Positions 18,743 to 27,723 of a DNA stretch of 64,000 nucleotides are shown piece after piece (positions within the stretch are counted from its first letter, which is position 1; every line of letters starts with the position of its first letter). This DNA is from an uncultured bacterium (lineage in GTDB: Bacteria; Chlamydiota; Chlamydiia; Chlamydiales; SM23-39): the NCBI GenBank assembly GCA_964424735.1, contig CAYRJU010000007.1:5666-69665 (forward strand). Direction: 5' to 3'. Made by a program: the position numbers and the translations under genes. The notes below the pieces were generated by a model. The model was given only the letters and a program-made list of their open reading frames with translations. It was not told the DNA's origin and searched no databases.

Positions 18743-19702
18743 CTACGTTTCTGCTTTCTTTTCATCCTGCGTTAAAGCTGTTTGGCTTTGAACCCAAGTA
18801 TCGTAGGTTTTGTGGCCCTGAGGATTTACTCTTGGATCTTGTAACAGCCTGGCTACCACATCGTTTTTACCACGCATATGAGCCATCCGAATCACTCGGT
18901 TATCATTAGCAGAAGGGTCGATCCTTTCGTCAGTAAGTAGTAGATTCGTTATAGCTACGCTACCAGCAAATCGAAGGGCTTCGAGATCATTGGCTCTCGG
19001 ATCAACCAAGGGGAGTAGCACTTTGACACATTCTTCACTCTCTGTGATCGCCGCTAAGACGAGAGCTCCATTTCCAAATGCCTGCATATCGACCTTTGGA
19101 CTTTTCACTAATAACTGCACAATCTGATGCTGGTTGGTTCGACAAGCTTGCTGGAGCGCATGGATTCCTTTGTCTTGTAGGGTAACTTTGGGGTTGTCTA
19201 AGATCTGAGTAAGAACGGCTAGATGCTTGTTTGAGCATGCCCAGTCGAAGAGAGTTTGGTCTGGAACATAGTTCGGGTTAGTCAAAAGCAACCTTACGGC
19301 TTCTAGACCCTTTTCCTGAGCCCAAAGACTAGCGCGAGTGCCTGTAGGATCCACTTTTGGATGCTGCAAGAGTAAGGGGATCATTTGATCGCGTGAATAG
19401 GCAAGAGCGTTCGTGAGGGCTGCATTCTGATTATCTGCCGGATCGACCCTTGAATCTGCCAAGAGTTTTTTGGCGATTTGTCTGTGACCTTCTTGGCAAG
19501 CCCAACCAATGAGTCTATTGTGTAAGGCTGAAGGATCAATCTGATTTTGCAAAAGAAGGTTTTTCACAGCCGCCTCACCACAAGCGATTGCCCCCTCTAT
19601 ATTTTCTCTTTCCCTTAAGGATTGATCCATTAAATGGATGGCGAGCCTTTGTTGCTCAAGGCCTAATTGTTGAAAAGAGTGTATGCATGCCGGTATGCTC
19701 AT
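18743..19702 (-). CDS. Ankyrin-repeat protein (paralog 2)
   Basis: 319 aa. Colinear with paralog 1 (e.g. LIGWACQEGHRQIAKKLLADSRVDPADNQNAAL vs LIDWACREGKEAIVKKLLADQRVNPGDNQNAAL). Its first 47 nt overlap the menD 3' end. Confidence 0.8.
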   Translation of the reverse strand: MSIPACIHSFQQLGLEQQRLAIHLMDQSLRERENIEGAIACGEAAVKNLLLQNQIDPSALHNRLIGWACQEGHRQIAKKLLADSRVDPADNQNAALTNALAYSRDQMIPLLLQHPKVDPTGTRASLWAQEKGLEAVRLLLTNPNYVPDQTLFDWACSNKHLAVLTQILDNPKVTLQDKGIHALQQACRTNQHQIVQLLVKSPKVDMQAFGNGALVLAAITESEECVKVLLPLVDPRANDLEALRFAGSVAITNLLLTDERIDPSANDNRVIRMAHMRGKNDVVARLLQDPRVNPQGHKTYDTWVQSQTALTQDEKKAET

Positions 19703-21233
19703 AGTCGATCCTTTTCTTTTGCGATTTCTGGTAGAGGTAGTTCTGTTTTCGGTCGGTCGTCAATTCCACGACACAGGATTTTGTCCAGTCGATGTTGTCG
19801 AAAGAAGAGTAGGGAAGTCCGTACATTTCGGCCGCCTTTTGGAAGCGAAGATCGTGCGCCGCTGCCCAAAGCTCTTCGAAATGAGGAGAGGCAGCGATCG
19901 GTAGATGGTGGAATATTCCGCCGCCAAAATTGTTCGAAATGAGAAGGATTGCCGGGTGCTTTGTTTTTCTCAAGAGGGCAAGCGAATTCAGATCGTAGAG
20001 CGCTGCCTGATCCCCGAGAAAGCCGAGCATGGGCATCTCTTCGGCAAGCCCTGCAAGGGTGGCGATATTTCCATCGATTCCCGAAAGGCCCCGATTCCCA
20101 AAAAACCTCTTCGCCTTTTTGGGGAAGAGAAAGTGATCGCCATCGCGGATCGGCATGCCGTTTCCCAAAAAGACCCCAAAATCTTGGGGAAGGATCTCAC
20201 TGAGTTTACGCATCGCGTGTACTTCGGTGAAATGATTTGTCTCTTCAAATTCGGGCTCTTCATCTTTCCAAGAAGAAAACCAGTCGGGATCGGTTCCTCC
20301 TTGAAAGATTTGGCAAAATTCAGGGATATCTGCTTGGACTCTTTCCGTGAGGATCCGCTCGGGGTCTTGGAGAGCGGGCCAGGGGCTAACATGCACGTAT
20401 TCGGGTCTGATTTTTTTCAGCCATTCCAAAATTCTCTTAGAGGTCATTCGCTCCCCAAAATGCAAGACGAAGTCGGGCGTCGGTTTTTCGATCCAATCAA
20501 AGTGGCGGATCTCTTCTTTGGAGGAAAAACATCTCGCATTGGAAAGGATGTCGGCCAAAAGGGGCCACTGCAATCTCTTTGCAAGCGTTATGATGGCTTC
20601 GATCTCTTGGGGATTGGGTAATTTCCCCGCGAGGATGATCCCTTTTCTTTTGGGAGTTGCGTAGGCATCTATCTGAAGACGGGGAAGGGTCAAAAGGATC
20701 GGGGAGCCCTCAATGATCGCGAGATCGGGTTTATAGAGTGGGTCTCGAAAAGGGCAATTCACATGGACAGGGCCTGGAGGGTTTTGCAAAGAGGCGGCGT
20801 GTGCTTGGGCTAACATGGAGCGAAAGACCCTCTCCTCATTGTCAATGGGCAGATCGACTTGCCAACGGACGAAATTTTGAAAGATTTTGATCTGATCGGT
20901 CGCTTGATTGGCTGAGGAGTGGCGCAGTTCGTGAGGGCGATCGGCGGTGAGGAGAATGAGCGGGATATAGCTATGGTGAGCCTCCATGATGGCAGGCAGC
21001 AGGTTGCCGACCGCGGTTCCCGAGGTGACGATCACGGCGACGGGCTTTTGAGTCCCTTTGGCGAGGCCCAGTGCGAAAAAACCGAGCCCCCTTTCGTCGT
21101 AGTGGACGTGGAGCTTAGTTCTTTTATGATTTGCAGCCGCAGATACAAGAGGCGTTGATCTCGATCCGGGGGCAATGCAAAAGGAAGTAACCCCTTGTTG
21201 TACGAGTTGGTCAATGATCCAAGATTCCGTCAT
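19656..21233 (-). CDS. menD: SEPHCHC synthase (ThDP-dependent)
   Basis: CIAPGSRSTPL N-terminal motif, and GNRGLSGIDGNIAT in the ThDP-binding region. Start chosen at the ATG for MTESWI. The ORF-track start at 21293 is a TTG. Confidence 0.9.
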   Translation of the reverse strand: MTESWIIDQLVQQGVTSFCIAPGSRSTPLVSAAANHKRTKLHVHYDERGLGFFALGLAKGTQKPVAVIVTSGTAVGNLLPAIMEAHHSYIPLILLTADRPHELRHSSANQATDQIKIFQNFVRWQVDLPIDNEERVFRSMLAQAHAASLQNPPGPVHVNCPFRDPLYKPDLAIIEGSPILLTLPRLQIDAYATPKRKGIILAGKLPNPQEIEAIITLAKRLQWPLLADILSNARCFSSKEEIRHFDWIEKPTPDFVLHFGERMTSKRILEWLKKIRPEYVHVSPWPALQDPERILTERVQADIPEFCQIFQGGTDPDWFSSWKDEEPEFEETNHFTEVHAMRKLSEILPQDFGVFLGNGMPIRDGDHFLFPKKAKRFFGNRGLSGIDGNIATLAGLAEEMPMLGFLGDQAALYDLNSLALLRKTKHPAILLISNNFGGGIFHHLPIAASPHFEELWAAAHDLRFQKAAEMYGLPYSSFDNIDWTKSCVVELTTDRKQNYLYQKSQKKRIDYEHTGMHTLFSTIRP

Positions 21234-22167
21234 AGAGCTTGAGTTTTTGGTTGAGTTCTTCCCATTCTTCTTCCGGGTCTGAGCCTTCGACAATGCCCGT
21301 TCCTGAAAAGAGAATAGCTTGGTTTCCCTTGAGAAAGCAAGAGCGAATGCCCACTACATATTCAGACTTGTCTGGGGTGGACCACCCAATGGCTCCTCCA
21401 AAAAGACCCCGCTGAAAGGGCTCGATTTCTTGAATGAGCTGTTTGGCTTCTTGAGTTGGGCTTCCACAAAGAGCAGGAGTTGGATGAAGGGAGGAGAGTA
21501 TGTCTATATCCAAAATGTTTTCCTTCAACCTGCCTGAGCAAGTGCGATAGAGGTGTTGGACATTGCGTGTTTGATGGACGGATAAGGGACTTAGGTGAAG
21601 GGCGTCTTTACAAAGAGGAGAAAGGGTTTTTTGAATGTGTTCTTGCACAGGGTTAAATTCCCGAATCTCTTTGGGACTTTTGAGTAGCTCTTCTCGGTAG
21701 GCCTCATCTTGAAGAGCATTTTTGCCTCTTGGCCGAGTCCCGGCAACTGCTTCGCTCAGGATCTTTTTTTCTGTCCTACAAAAAAGTCTTTCGGGGCTGG
21801 CCCCGAGAAACGATTCTTCTCCTAATTTTGCACAGAAGAGAAAAGCCCCTTGCGCTTTTTGTTTTAAGGAAGCGGCGATGGCGAAAGGATCGGGAGTTTC
21901 TGAGAGGTCTAAAAAGCAAAGGCGGCCGAGCACTACTTTTTCTAAAATTTTACGGTGGATGAGATCCAACGCCCGTTCAACACCCATTTTCCACGTTTCA
22001 AAGGAGGGGAGAAAGGTCTTTTTCAAAACCTGGTAAGTTTTAGGGGGGGGGAGATCGACCCATTCAGGGGTGAAAGAAAGGTGCTCAATGGAATCAAAAG
22101 ATCGGATGTGGAACGTAGAGTGCGGAGGAGGGGCAACGCCTTCTCGATCCGACCAAAAAGTCTTCAC
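21211..22167 (-). CDS. menF: Isochorismate synthase (short form)
   Basis: 318 aa. Chorismate-binding domain strings HPTPALCG, FGGAIGW and GTGIVEGSDPEEEWEE. Confidence 0.8.
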   Translation of the reverse strand: MKTFWSDREGVAPPPHSTFHIRSFDSIEHLSFTPEWVDLPPPKTYQVLKKTFLPSFETWKMGVERALDLIHRKILEKVVLGRLCFLDLSETPDPFAIAASLKQKAQGAFLFCAKLGEESFLGASPERLFCRTEKKILSEAVAGTRPRGKNALQDEAYREELLKSPKEIREFNPVQEHIQKTLSPLCKDALHLSPLSVHQTRNVQHLYRTCSGRLKENILDIDILSSLHPTPALCGSPTQEAKQLIQEIEPFQRGLFGGAIGWSTPDKSEYVVGIRSCFLKGNQAILFSGTGIVEGSDPEEEWEELNQKLKLYDGILDH

Positions 22168-22853
22168 ATCTTATCTCCGATATAAAGAGTCACACTGCCG
22201 AGATTCATGGGGACCATTTTCAGACGGCTAAACCCCGCCTCTTTCATGAGAGAGCAAAATTCTTTTCCGCATGGGAAATGTTCGATGGTCTGATTGAGAT
22301 AGGAATAAGCTGAGCGATTCTTTGAAAAGAGGGCAGCCAGATAGGGAAGAACGTGTCGCAAATAAAAGAGGAAAAAAGTCCGAATGGGCTGTGGAGGGAG
22401 AGAAAATTCCAAAACGAGCGCCTTTCCTTTGGGTTTTAGAACCCGATAGATTTCTCGAAGAGAGGCTTTTGGATCCGAAACATTTCGGATGCCGAAGGAA
22501 AAAGTTATGGCGTCAAAACTCTCCTCTTTAAAGGGGAGTTTTTCGGCATCGGCAATGAGGAACTGCATTTTGCTCGGGATTTTGCGTTTGGCAATTTCGA
22601 GCATTTCGGGAGAAAGATCGATCCCTGTAATCGATTGGATAGAGGCTTTGCTTTGAATGAGGGCGAGGGCCTGATCTCCCGTACCGGTAGCTAGATCCAA
22701 AATCTTGAGATTTTTGTGAGGGGGTAAAAACTCAGCGACTTTCGCGCGCCAGTGCCGGTCCATGCCGAAGGAAATGATCCGATTGGTGCGGTCATAGGTT
22801 TGCGAAATCGCATTGAACATTTTCCAGACATTTTTGCGCGATGGATCGGTCAT
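22164..22853 (-). CDS. ubiE: Demethylmenaquinone methyltransferase
   Basis: VWKMFNAISQTYDRTNRIISFG, plus the SAM motif ILDLATGTGD. Start chosen at MTDPSRK. Confidence 0.9.
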   Translation of the reverse strand: MTDPSRKNVWKMFNAISQTYDRTNRIISFGMDRHWRAKVAEFLPPHKNLKILDLATGTGDQALALIQSKASIQSITGIDLSPEMLEIAKRKIPSKMQFLIADAEKLPFKEESFDAITFSFGIRNVSDPKASLREIYRVLKPKGKALVLEFSLPPQPIRTFFLFYLRHVLPYLAALFSKNRSAYSYLNQTIEHFPCGKEFCSLMKEAGFSRLKMVPMNLGSVTLYIGDKM

Positions 22854-22888
22854 ACGTATGAATGTTTTACCACATTGCACGAGAGAAA

Positions 22889-24148
22889 TCAAGGATTAGA
22901 GGGGAAATGTAGGTCCAATAGCTGTTGAGCTCTTAGATCGCCGAGTGCGGCCCCTCTTTCGAGATACTCACAAGCAAGTTCATGATTTTGCTCAACGCCT
23001 TCCATTCCATTTAAATAGGGCTGGGCGAGCTCAAAGAACGAAGGTGGATAATCCTTGGCAACAGCCTCGTGGTAATAATGAAGACCGAGTTGTGGATCTT
23101 TGTAAAGGATGCTGTAAAAATATGTAGTTCCCAATTCATGCATGGCTGGTGACCATCCAAGAGCCGCGCTTTTGTGAAAAAGATCGATGGCACGCCTGCG
23201 ATCTTGAGGGACTCCTAATCCCAATAGGTAGCATTGGGCTAATTCATACATTGCCTCTCCATTCCCCAAATTTGCAGCTCTTCGAAAATAGTCTGCGGCT
23301 CTGGGGTGATTCGGAGGATTTGTGGATTTAAAAGCTTGGCCGAGTAGAGTTTGTGATGCTGTATGTCCGTCTGAGGCTGCAGACTCTAACCAGAGTTTCA
23401 TTTCTTCTGGCTTCAGAATAGCTAACTGATATTTCGCCAAAGAGCATCCCCTGCTTGCGCTTTTTTGATAACAATCAATCGCTAGAGCTAGGTTTTTGTT
23501 GACTTCTCCATTTCCTTGTTCAAAGCAAAGGCCCAAATGATAGAAATGTTCTGCTGTTTCTGGCTCTCCGCTTTCTCCTTGATAGCTTTTCCGATACCAC
23601 TGATTCGCTTCGGCAAGATTCTGGAGACATCCCATTCCAGACGCTAAACGGAAGGCTAAAATCATCATAGAAGATGAGTGTCCCAATTCTGCAGCTTTTC
23701 GGAGCCAAACATTCACTTGGGCAGAATCTGTGCACAACTTACTCAAGGAAAACATTGCCTCGGGACAACCCAGATTTGCACTTCTTGTAAAGCAATCGGT
23801 TGCACGGGGAATGTCTTGGGGTAGTCCCCCAACTCCTCTCAGATAGCATTGCCCCCGATTGTATAGAGAATCGGGATCGTTTCCTTGCCAGCTTCTCCAA
23901 TACCACTCTTCAGCTTGGACCGGATTTTCGGGAACCCCTTTTCCTAGCTCATACCAAAGAGCTACTTGAGCCATGGCTTTTGGATGTCCTGCTTCAGCGC
24001 TTGTCTGATAATAGTGAAAGGCCGCGTTCAAATTTTGGCGAAAGCCCTTGATTCCCTGTTCCCAGTAAGTAGCTATGAGATAGTTCTGTTCTGGGCCTAA
24101 ATCTGGAGTAAATAAGAATGTGTTAAAATTATTAATTGGATGTGTCAT
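22889..24148 (-). CDS. Sel1-like repeat (SLR) protein
   Basis: 419 aa. Repeated A...Y..(S/A)A..G...A...L(A/G).(C/M)Y..G.G units (e.g. GHPKAMAQVALWYELGKGVPENPVQAEEWY). Confidence 0.8.
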   Translation of the reverse strand: MTHPINNFNTFLFTPDLGPEQNYLIATYWEQGIKGFRQNLNAAFHYYQTSAEAGHPKAMAQVALWYELGKGVPENPVQAEEWYWRSWQGNDPDSLYNRGQCYLRGVGGLPQDIPRATDCFTRSANLGCPEAMFSLSKLCTDSAQVNVWLRKAAELGHSSSMMILAFRLASGMGCLQNLAEANQWYRKSYQGESGEPETAEHFYHLGLCFEQGNGEVNKNLALAIDCYQKSASRGCSLAKYQLAILKPEEMKLWLESAASDGHTASQTLLGQAFKSTNPPNHPRAADYFRRAANLGNGEAMYELAQCYLLGLGVPQDRRRAIDLFHKSAALGWSPAMHELGTTYFYSILYKDPQLGLHYYHEAVAKDYPPSFFELAQPYLNGMEGVEQNHELACEYLERGAALGDLRAQQLLDLHFPSNP

Positions 24149-24214
24149 AATGTATTAAAAATTATTTTCGAATAATTTTAATACACATTGTAAATAAATT
24201 CAATTTTAAATAAT

Positions 24215-25588
24215 TTATATAGTATATTGCAAGTCTTTAACGTTTAGCCGCTTGCTTGCATTCATGACTAAAAGGGAGGCGATGAGAAAAAACAGGAGCT
24301 TGCCCTGCTGAAAGAGAATGGGATAAAAGTCGCAGAGGCCGATGAAGAGGAAAGCTGTCAGAAGAGAGAAAAAGAGGGCTGTTTCGGATGTGAGAGGAGA
24401 TCGAAAAAATCTCCAATAGCACCCTCCAAGAAAGAGGAGAAAAGCTGTGAGAGAAATGAGACCTGTCTCACAGGCTAAAAAGAGGAAGATGTTGTGAGGA
24501 GCTGTTACGCGGACATAGTCGAGGGGTTCTTTTTCAAAATAGGGGACGGACCTTTCTGAGAATTGAGTGTATCCCAGTCCAAAAAGAGGGTGGTCTCGAA
24601 CGATTTCCAGTCCTGTTTTTTGCTGCACTTTTCGCACGTGATCTGAGTGTTGAACCCAAGCGTTGTAGTTGATCACACCACCCCGTTGTAGGTATTGCGG
24701 AGCTAAGAGGATGCCGCTTCCGAGGGCAGTGAGAATCAAAACGGCTGTTAAAGGAACAATCTGTTTCCGCCCTTGTTTGAGAGCCATGAGGACGAGCCAA
24801 AGCGATGTGGCGATCCCCCAGGCAAAAAGCGCCGCTCGGGAGAAGGAAAGAGCCATGGCGAAAAATTGGATGGGAAGGGTGAGAATCCAAATTTTTTTCG
24901 ATTGGGCGAGGAAATAGGTTGAAAGAAGGGAAACGACCATAAAGCCTCCCAATACATTTGCATGGGGAAAGGTGCCTGCTGCCCGCATGAGGATGGTCGA
25001 ATGGGCTTTTGTACCAAAAAGTGTATCCAAGAGCCAGCGGCTGCCATCGGTCGTATAAAAAATGCTCGTTTGGTTCACCTCTCCAAGTAGACGCAGCCCA
25101 AGAGGCGCTTGGTGGAAATACTGAATGATTGCAATGACCGATTGGAAAAGACCTGCCAGAACGAGACAGGTGAGGATGAGATGGGTAATTTTTGGTTTTT
25201 CTTCTTCTGAAAAAGCGTGAGTGAGAAAGGAAAAGAGGGCAATCGGGGTCAAGAGCTGCAAGAGCCTTATGTAGGGGATAGGGTAGTGGAGGAAAGGGGA
25301 GGCGAGAATCGAGGCAAGGGCAGAGAGCCAAACGATCCAAAGGGGATTGCCAAACCATTTTCTCAAAGGAATCCGAAACCAAAAAAGGCCCAAAACGGTG
25401 AGGAGCAAAGCGATCAGATCGGAAATGTAAAAATAGATTTTTTTATCGTACTGTTTGGAAACGTTTAGCCCTTCTGGGATCAACGACAAAGAGTAGAAAC
25501 GAAACAGTTTATCGTATTTGTGCTCAATGGGGATGAGAAAAGCTAACCCCGCGAGAAAAAGAGCAGCTACCAGATATTTTTTGGACAT
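24215..25588 (-). CDS. O-antigen ligase/polymerase-like (Wzy_C) polytopic membrane protein
   Basis: 457 aa with about 11 TM segments. A mid-protein loop followed by LSFSRAALFAWGIA resembles the WaaL/Wzy_C region. The function is inferred. Confidence 0.6.
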   Translation of the reverse strand: MSKKYLVAALFLAGLAFLIPIEHKYDKLFRFYSLSLIPEGLNVSKQYDKKIYFYISDLIALLLTVLGLFWFRIPLRKWFGNPLWIVWLSALASILASPFLHYPIPYIRLLQLLTPIALFSFLTHAFSEEEKPKITHLILTCLVLAGLFQSVIAIIQYFHQAPLGLRLLGEVNQTSIFYTTDGSRWLLDTLFGTKAHSTILMRAAGTFPHANVLGGFMVVSLLSTYFLAQSKKIWILTLPIQFFAMALSFSRAALFAWGIATSLWLVLMALKQGRKQIVPLTAVLILTALGSGILLAPQYLQRGGVINYNAWVQHSDHVRKVQQKTGLEIVRDHPLFGLGYTQFSERSVPYFEKEPLDYVRVTAPHNIFLFLACETGLISLTAFLLFLGGCYWRFFRSPLTSETALFFSLLTAFLFIGLCDFYPILFQQGKLLFFLIASLLVMNASKRLNVKDLQYTI

Positions 25589-25589
25589 C

Positions 25590-27404
25590 TCATCGAGATT
25601 GCCGCTTCCGCTCGTTTTCCGTCAAATAGACTTTTCGCAGGCGAATGAAGTTGGGAGTCACTTCGACGAGTTCATCATCGGCGAGATAATCAATGGCCTG
25701 CTCAAGCGTGAATTTGCGAGGAGGAGTTAAAATGATGTTCTCATCACTACCTGCCGCTCGGACGTTCGTGAGCTGTTTGGCCTTGGTCGCATTGACGACG
25801 AGATCGTTGTCTCGCGCATGTTCACCGACGACCATTCCCTCATAGACTTCATCTCCGGGTTTTACGAATAAAGAGCCCCGCTCTTGTAGATTGAAGAGAG
25901 CATAGCCGTTGGCTTTGCCGGGACTATTGGAAATGAGAACGCCTCGCGCTCTTCCTGCCATTTCCCCTTTCCAAGGAGCAAACGTTTCGAAAATGGAGGT
26001 GAGGACGCCGAGACCTGAGGTGCGGGTGAGAAAATCGTTGCGGTAACCCATGAGCCCCCTTGTCGGAACGAGGAATTGCATCGTCGTGAGGCCGTGCTCT
26101 GAAGTTTCTAAAGAGCGCATTTCCCCTTTTCTCTTCGATAGATCTTCGATGACCGTTCCTGAAAATTGCTCGGGTACTTCGACATGGACCCGTTCCATCG
26201 GTTCCATCAGAACGCCATCGACCTCTTTCGTGATGACTTTGGGCTTTGAAATGGCCATTTCATACCCTTCTCTACGCATCGCTTCGATCAAAACGGCCAA
26301 ATGGAGCTCGCCGCGTCCGCAAACGCGAATCGCGTCATCTCGCTCTGGAATCTCTTCGATTTTCAAAGAGATGTTGGCCCGTTTTTCTTTTTGAAGCCTT
26401 TCTCTCAATTTGTTCATCGTCACGTGTTTTCCGTCACGACCGACAAAAGGGCTCGTGTTGACCAAGAATTCTACCGAGACGGTCGGCTCTGCAAGGGTGA
26501 TAGGAGGAAGCTGTTTGATCTCATTGGGATCGCAAAGGGTATCGCCGATTTCGATCTCTGGGATACCCGAAAGAACGACGATATCGCCGGCTCCCGCATC
26601 CTGGAGTTCGATCTCCTTCAATCCCAAATGGCCTTCGATCCGGATAATTTTATGGGTCGTGTGGTTCCCGTTCCGATCGACGCGGGTAACCATGTCGTTT
26701 TTCTGGATTTTCCCTTCTAAAATTCGGCCGCAAGCCTGTCTTCCGACATAGTCGTCGTAGGTCAGGGTAGCCGCCTGCATGAGAAAGGGGAGATCGAGAT
26801 TGCCTGTTGGGGCTGGGGCTTTTTTCAAAATCATTTCGAAAAGAGGGGTTAAATCCTTAGGAGTATCGCCGATCTTGTCGATGGCATACCCATTGAACCC
26901 AGAGGCATAGATATAGGAGAAGTCGAGCTGCTCATCATTGGCGCCGAGCTCTAGAAAAAGATCAAAAGTTAAATTGAGGGCCCGGTCGGGGTTTGCATGC
27001 GGGCGGTCGATCTTATTCAAGACGACAATGGGTCGTAAGCCCATTTTGAGCGCTTGGGAGAGGACAAAGCGAGTTTGGGGCATAGGGCCCTCTTGTGCAT
27101 CGATGAGGAGAAGGACCGAATTGACCATGCCGAGAACGCGCTCGACCTCACCGGAGAAGTCGGCGTGGCCTGGCGTATCGATAATATTGATTTTAAAATC
27201 CTTGTAATTGACGCAGGTGTGCTTGGCGAAAATGGTAATGCCCCGCTCTTTTTCCTGGTCGTAGCTATCCATGACCCGTTCGGGGATCTTTTCGTGTTCG
27301 CGGAAAATATTTCCTTGTTTGAGGAGGTTGTCGAGAAGAGTGGTTTTCCCGTGGTCAATGTGCGCAATGATGGCAATATTTCGAATTTTTTCTGGGTCGT
27401 GCAT
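25590..27404 (-). CDS. typA: Translational GTPase TypA/BipA
   Basis: 604 aa. [21 protein letters not shown] and NKID G-motifs, with EF-G-like domains. Confidence 0.95.
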   Translation of the reverse strand: MHDPEKIRNIAIIAHIDHGKTTLLDNLLKQGNIFREHEKIPERVMDSYDQEKERGITIFAKHTCVNYKDFKINIIDTPGHADFSGEVERVLGMVNSVLLLIDAQEGPMPQTRFVLSQALKMGLRPIVVLNKIDRPHANPDRALNLTFDLFLELGANDEQLDFSYIYASGFNGYAIDKIGDTPKDLTPLFEMILKKAPAPTGNLDLPFLMQAATLTYDDYVGRQACGRILEGKIQKNDMVTRVDRNGNHTTHKIIRIEGHLGLKEIELQDAGAGDIVVLSGIPEIEIGDTLCDPNEIKQLPPITLAEPTVSVEFLVNTSPFVGRDGKHVTMNKLRERLQKEKRANISLKIEEIPERDDAIRVCGRGELHLAVLIEAMRREGYEMAISKPKVITKEVDGVLMEPMERVHVEVPEQFSGTVIEDLSKRKGEMRSLETSEHGLTTMQFLVPTRGLMGYRNDFLTRTSGLGVLTSIFETFAPWKGEMAGRARGVLISNSPGKANGYALFNLQERGSLFVKPGDEVYEGMVVGEHARDNDLVVNATKAKQLTNVRAAGSDENIILTPPRKFTLEQAIDYLADDELVEVTPNFIRLRKVYLTENERKRQSR

Positions 27405-27492
27405 ATGGACCTCAATCCTAGAGCAATGCGCTTTTAACTTCCAGCAAATTTATGGTCGCTGAAGGTGTGAGAGAATACATGATATAGAGAAG

Positions 27493-27594
27493 AAACAGGA
27501 TGCGCAGGATCGACAAAGTCGGCAGGATGGGTAGGATAAACACTATGTAATCCTACCCATCCTGCCGACTTTGTCGATCCTGCGCATCCTGTTT
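27493..27594. repeat. CAGGAT-core palindromic repeat, copy B (perfect 45-bp arms)
   Basis: The left arm at 27493-27537 (aaacaggatgcgcaggatcgacaaagtcggcaggatgggtaggat) is the exact reverse complement of 27550-27594, with a 12-nt loop aaacactatgta. It lies in the typA/mgtE divergent intergenic region. Confidence 0.9.
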
Positions 27595-27723
27595 TTCTTT
27601 TCAATAAATTTATCATGCAATCACCCTAGACCCTCCTCTTTCACATAATGGACAAGGGCAAGAATTTAGCAAATTTTATGAGAGAATAAATGATACGATA
27701 AATTATACTGCGGGCGAGGATTT

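Noticed and set aside
19905-20621. 238-aa ORF antisense to menD, plus similar antisense ORFs in tpiA (44385..45011), gyrA (32622..33194) and the DUF3604-like gene (54964..55704)
   Set aside because: Each is nested in a gene with strong family motifs on the other strand, and none shows a recognisable domain or RBS.
24151-24185. AT-only hairpin (tgtattaaaaattatt / aataattttaataca) as terminator of the ligase-like gene
   Set aside because: The stem is entirely A/T with a bulge, and no U-tract follows on the transcribed strand. It is too weak to call a terminator. It may just reflect AT-rich spacer symmetry.
24534-25382. 282-aa ORF in an alternate frame of the O-antigen-ligase-like gene
   Set aside because: Pro/Ser/Arg-rich translation with no TM pattern or motifs. 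The overlapping 457-aa frame gives a coherent polytopic membrane protein.
27434-27616. 60-aa ORF across the 45-bp-arm palindrome
   Set aside because: The open frame is produced by the palindrome itself, and the peptide is internally mirror-like. There is no RBS.
27405-27723. M-box (Mg2+) riboswitch upstream of mgtE
   Set aside because: The 320-nt leader made this worth considering, but I could not recognise M-box conserved helices. The region is dominated by the CAGGAT palindrome. A covariance-model scan would settle it.
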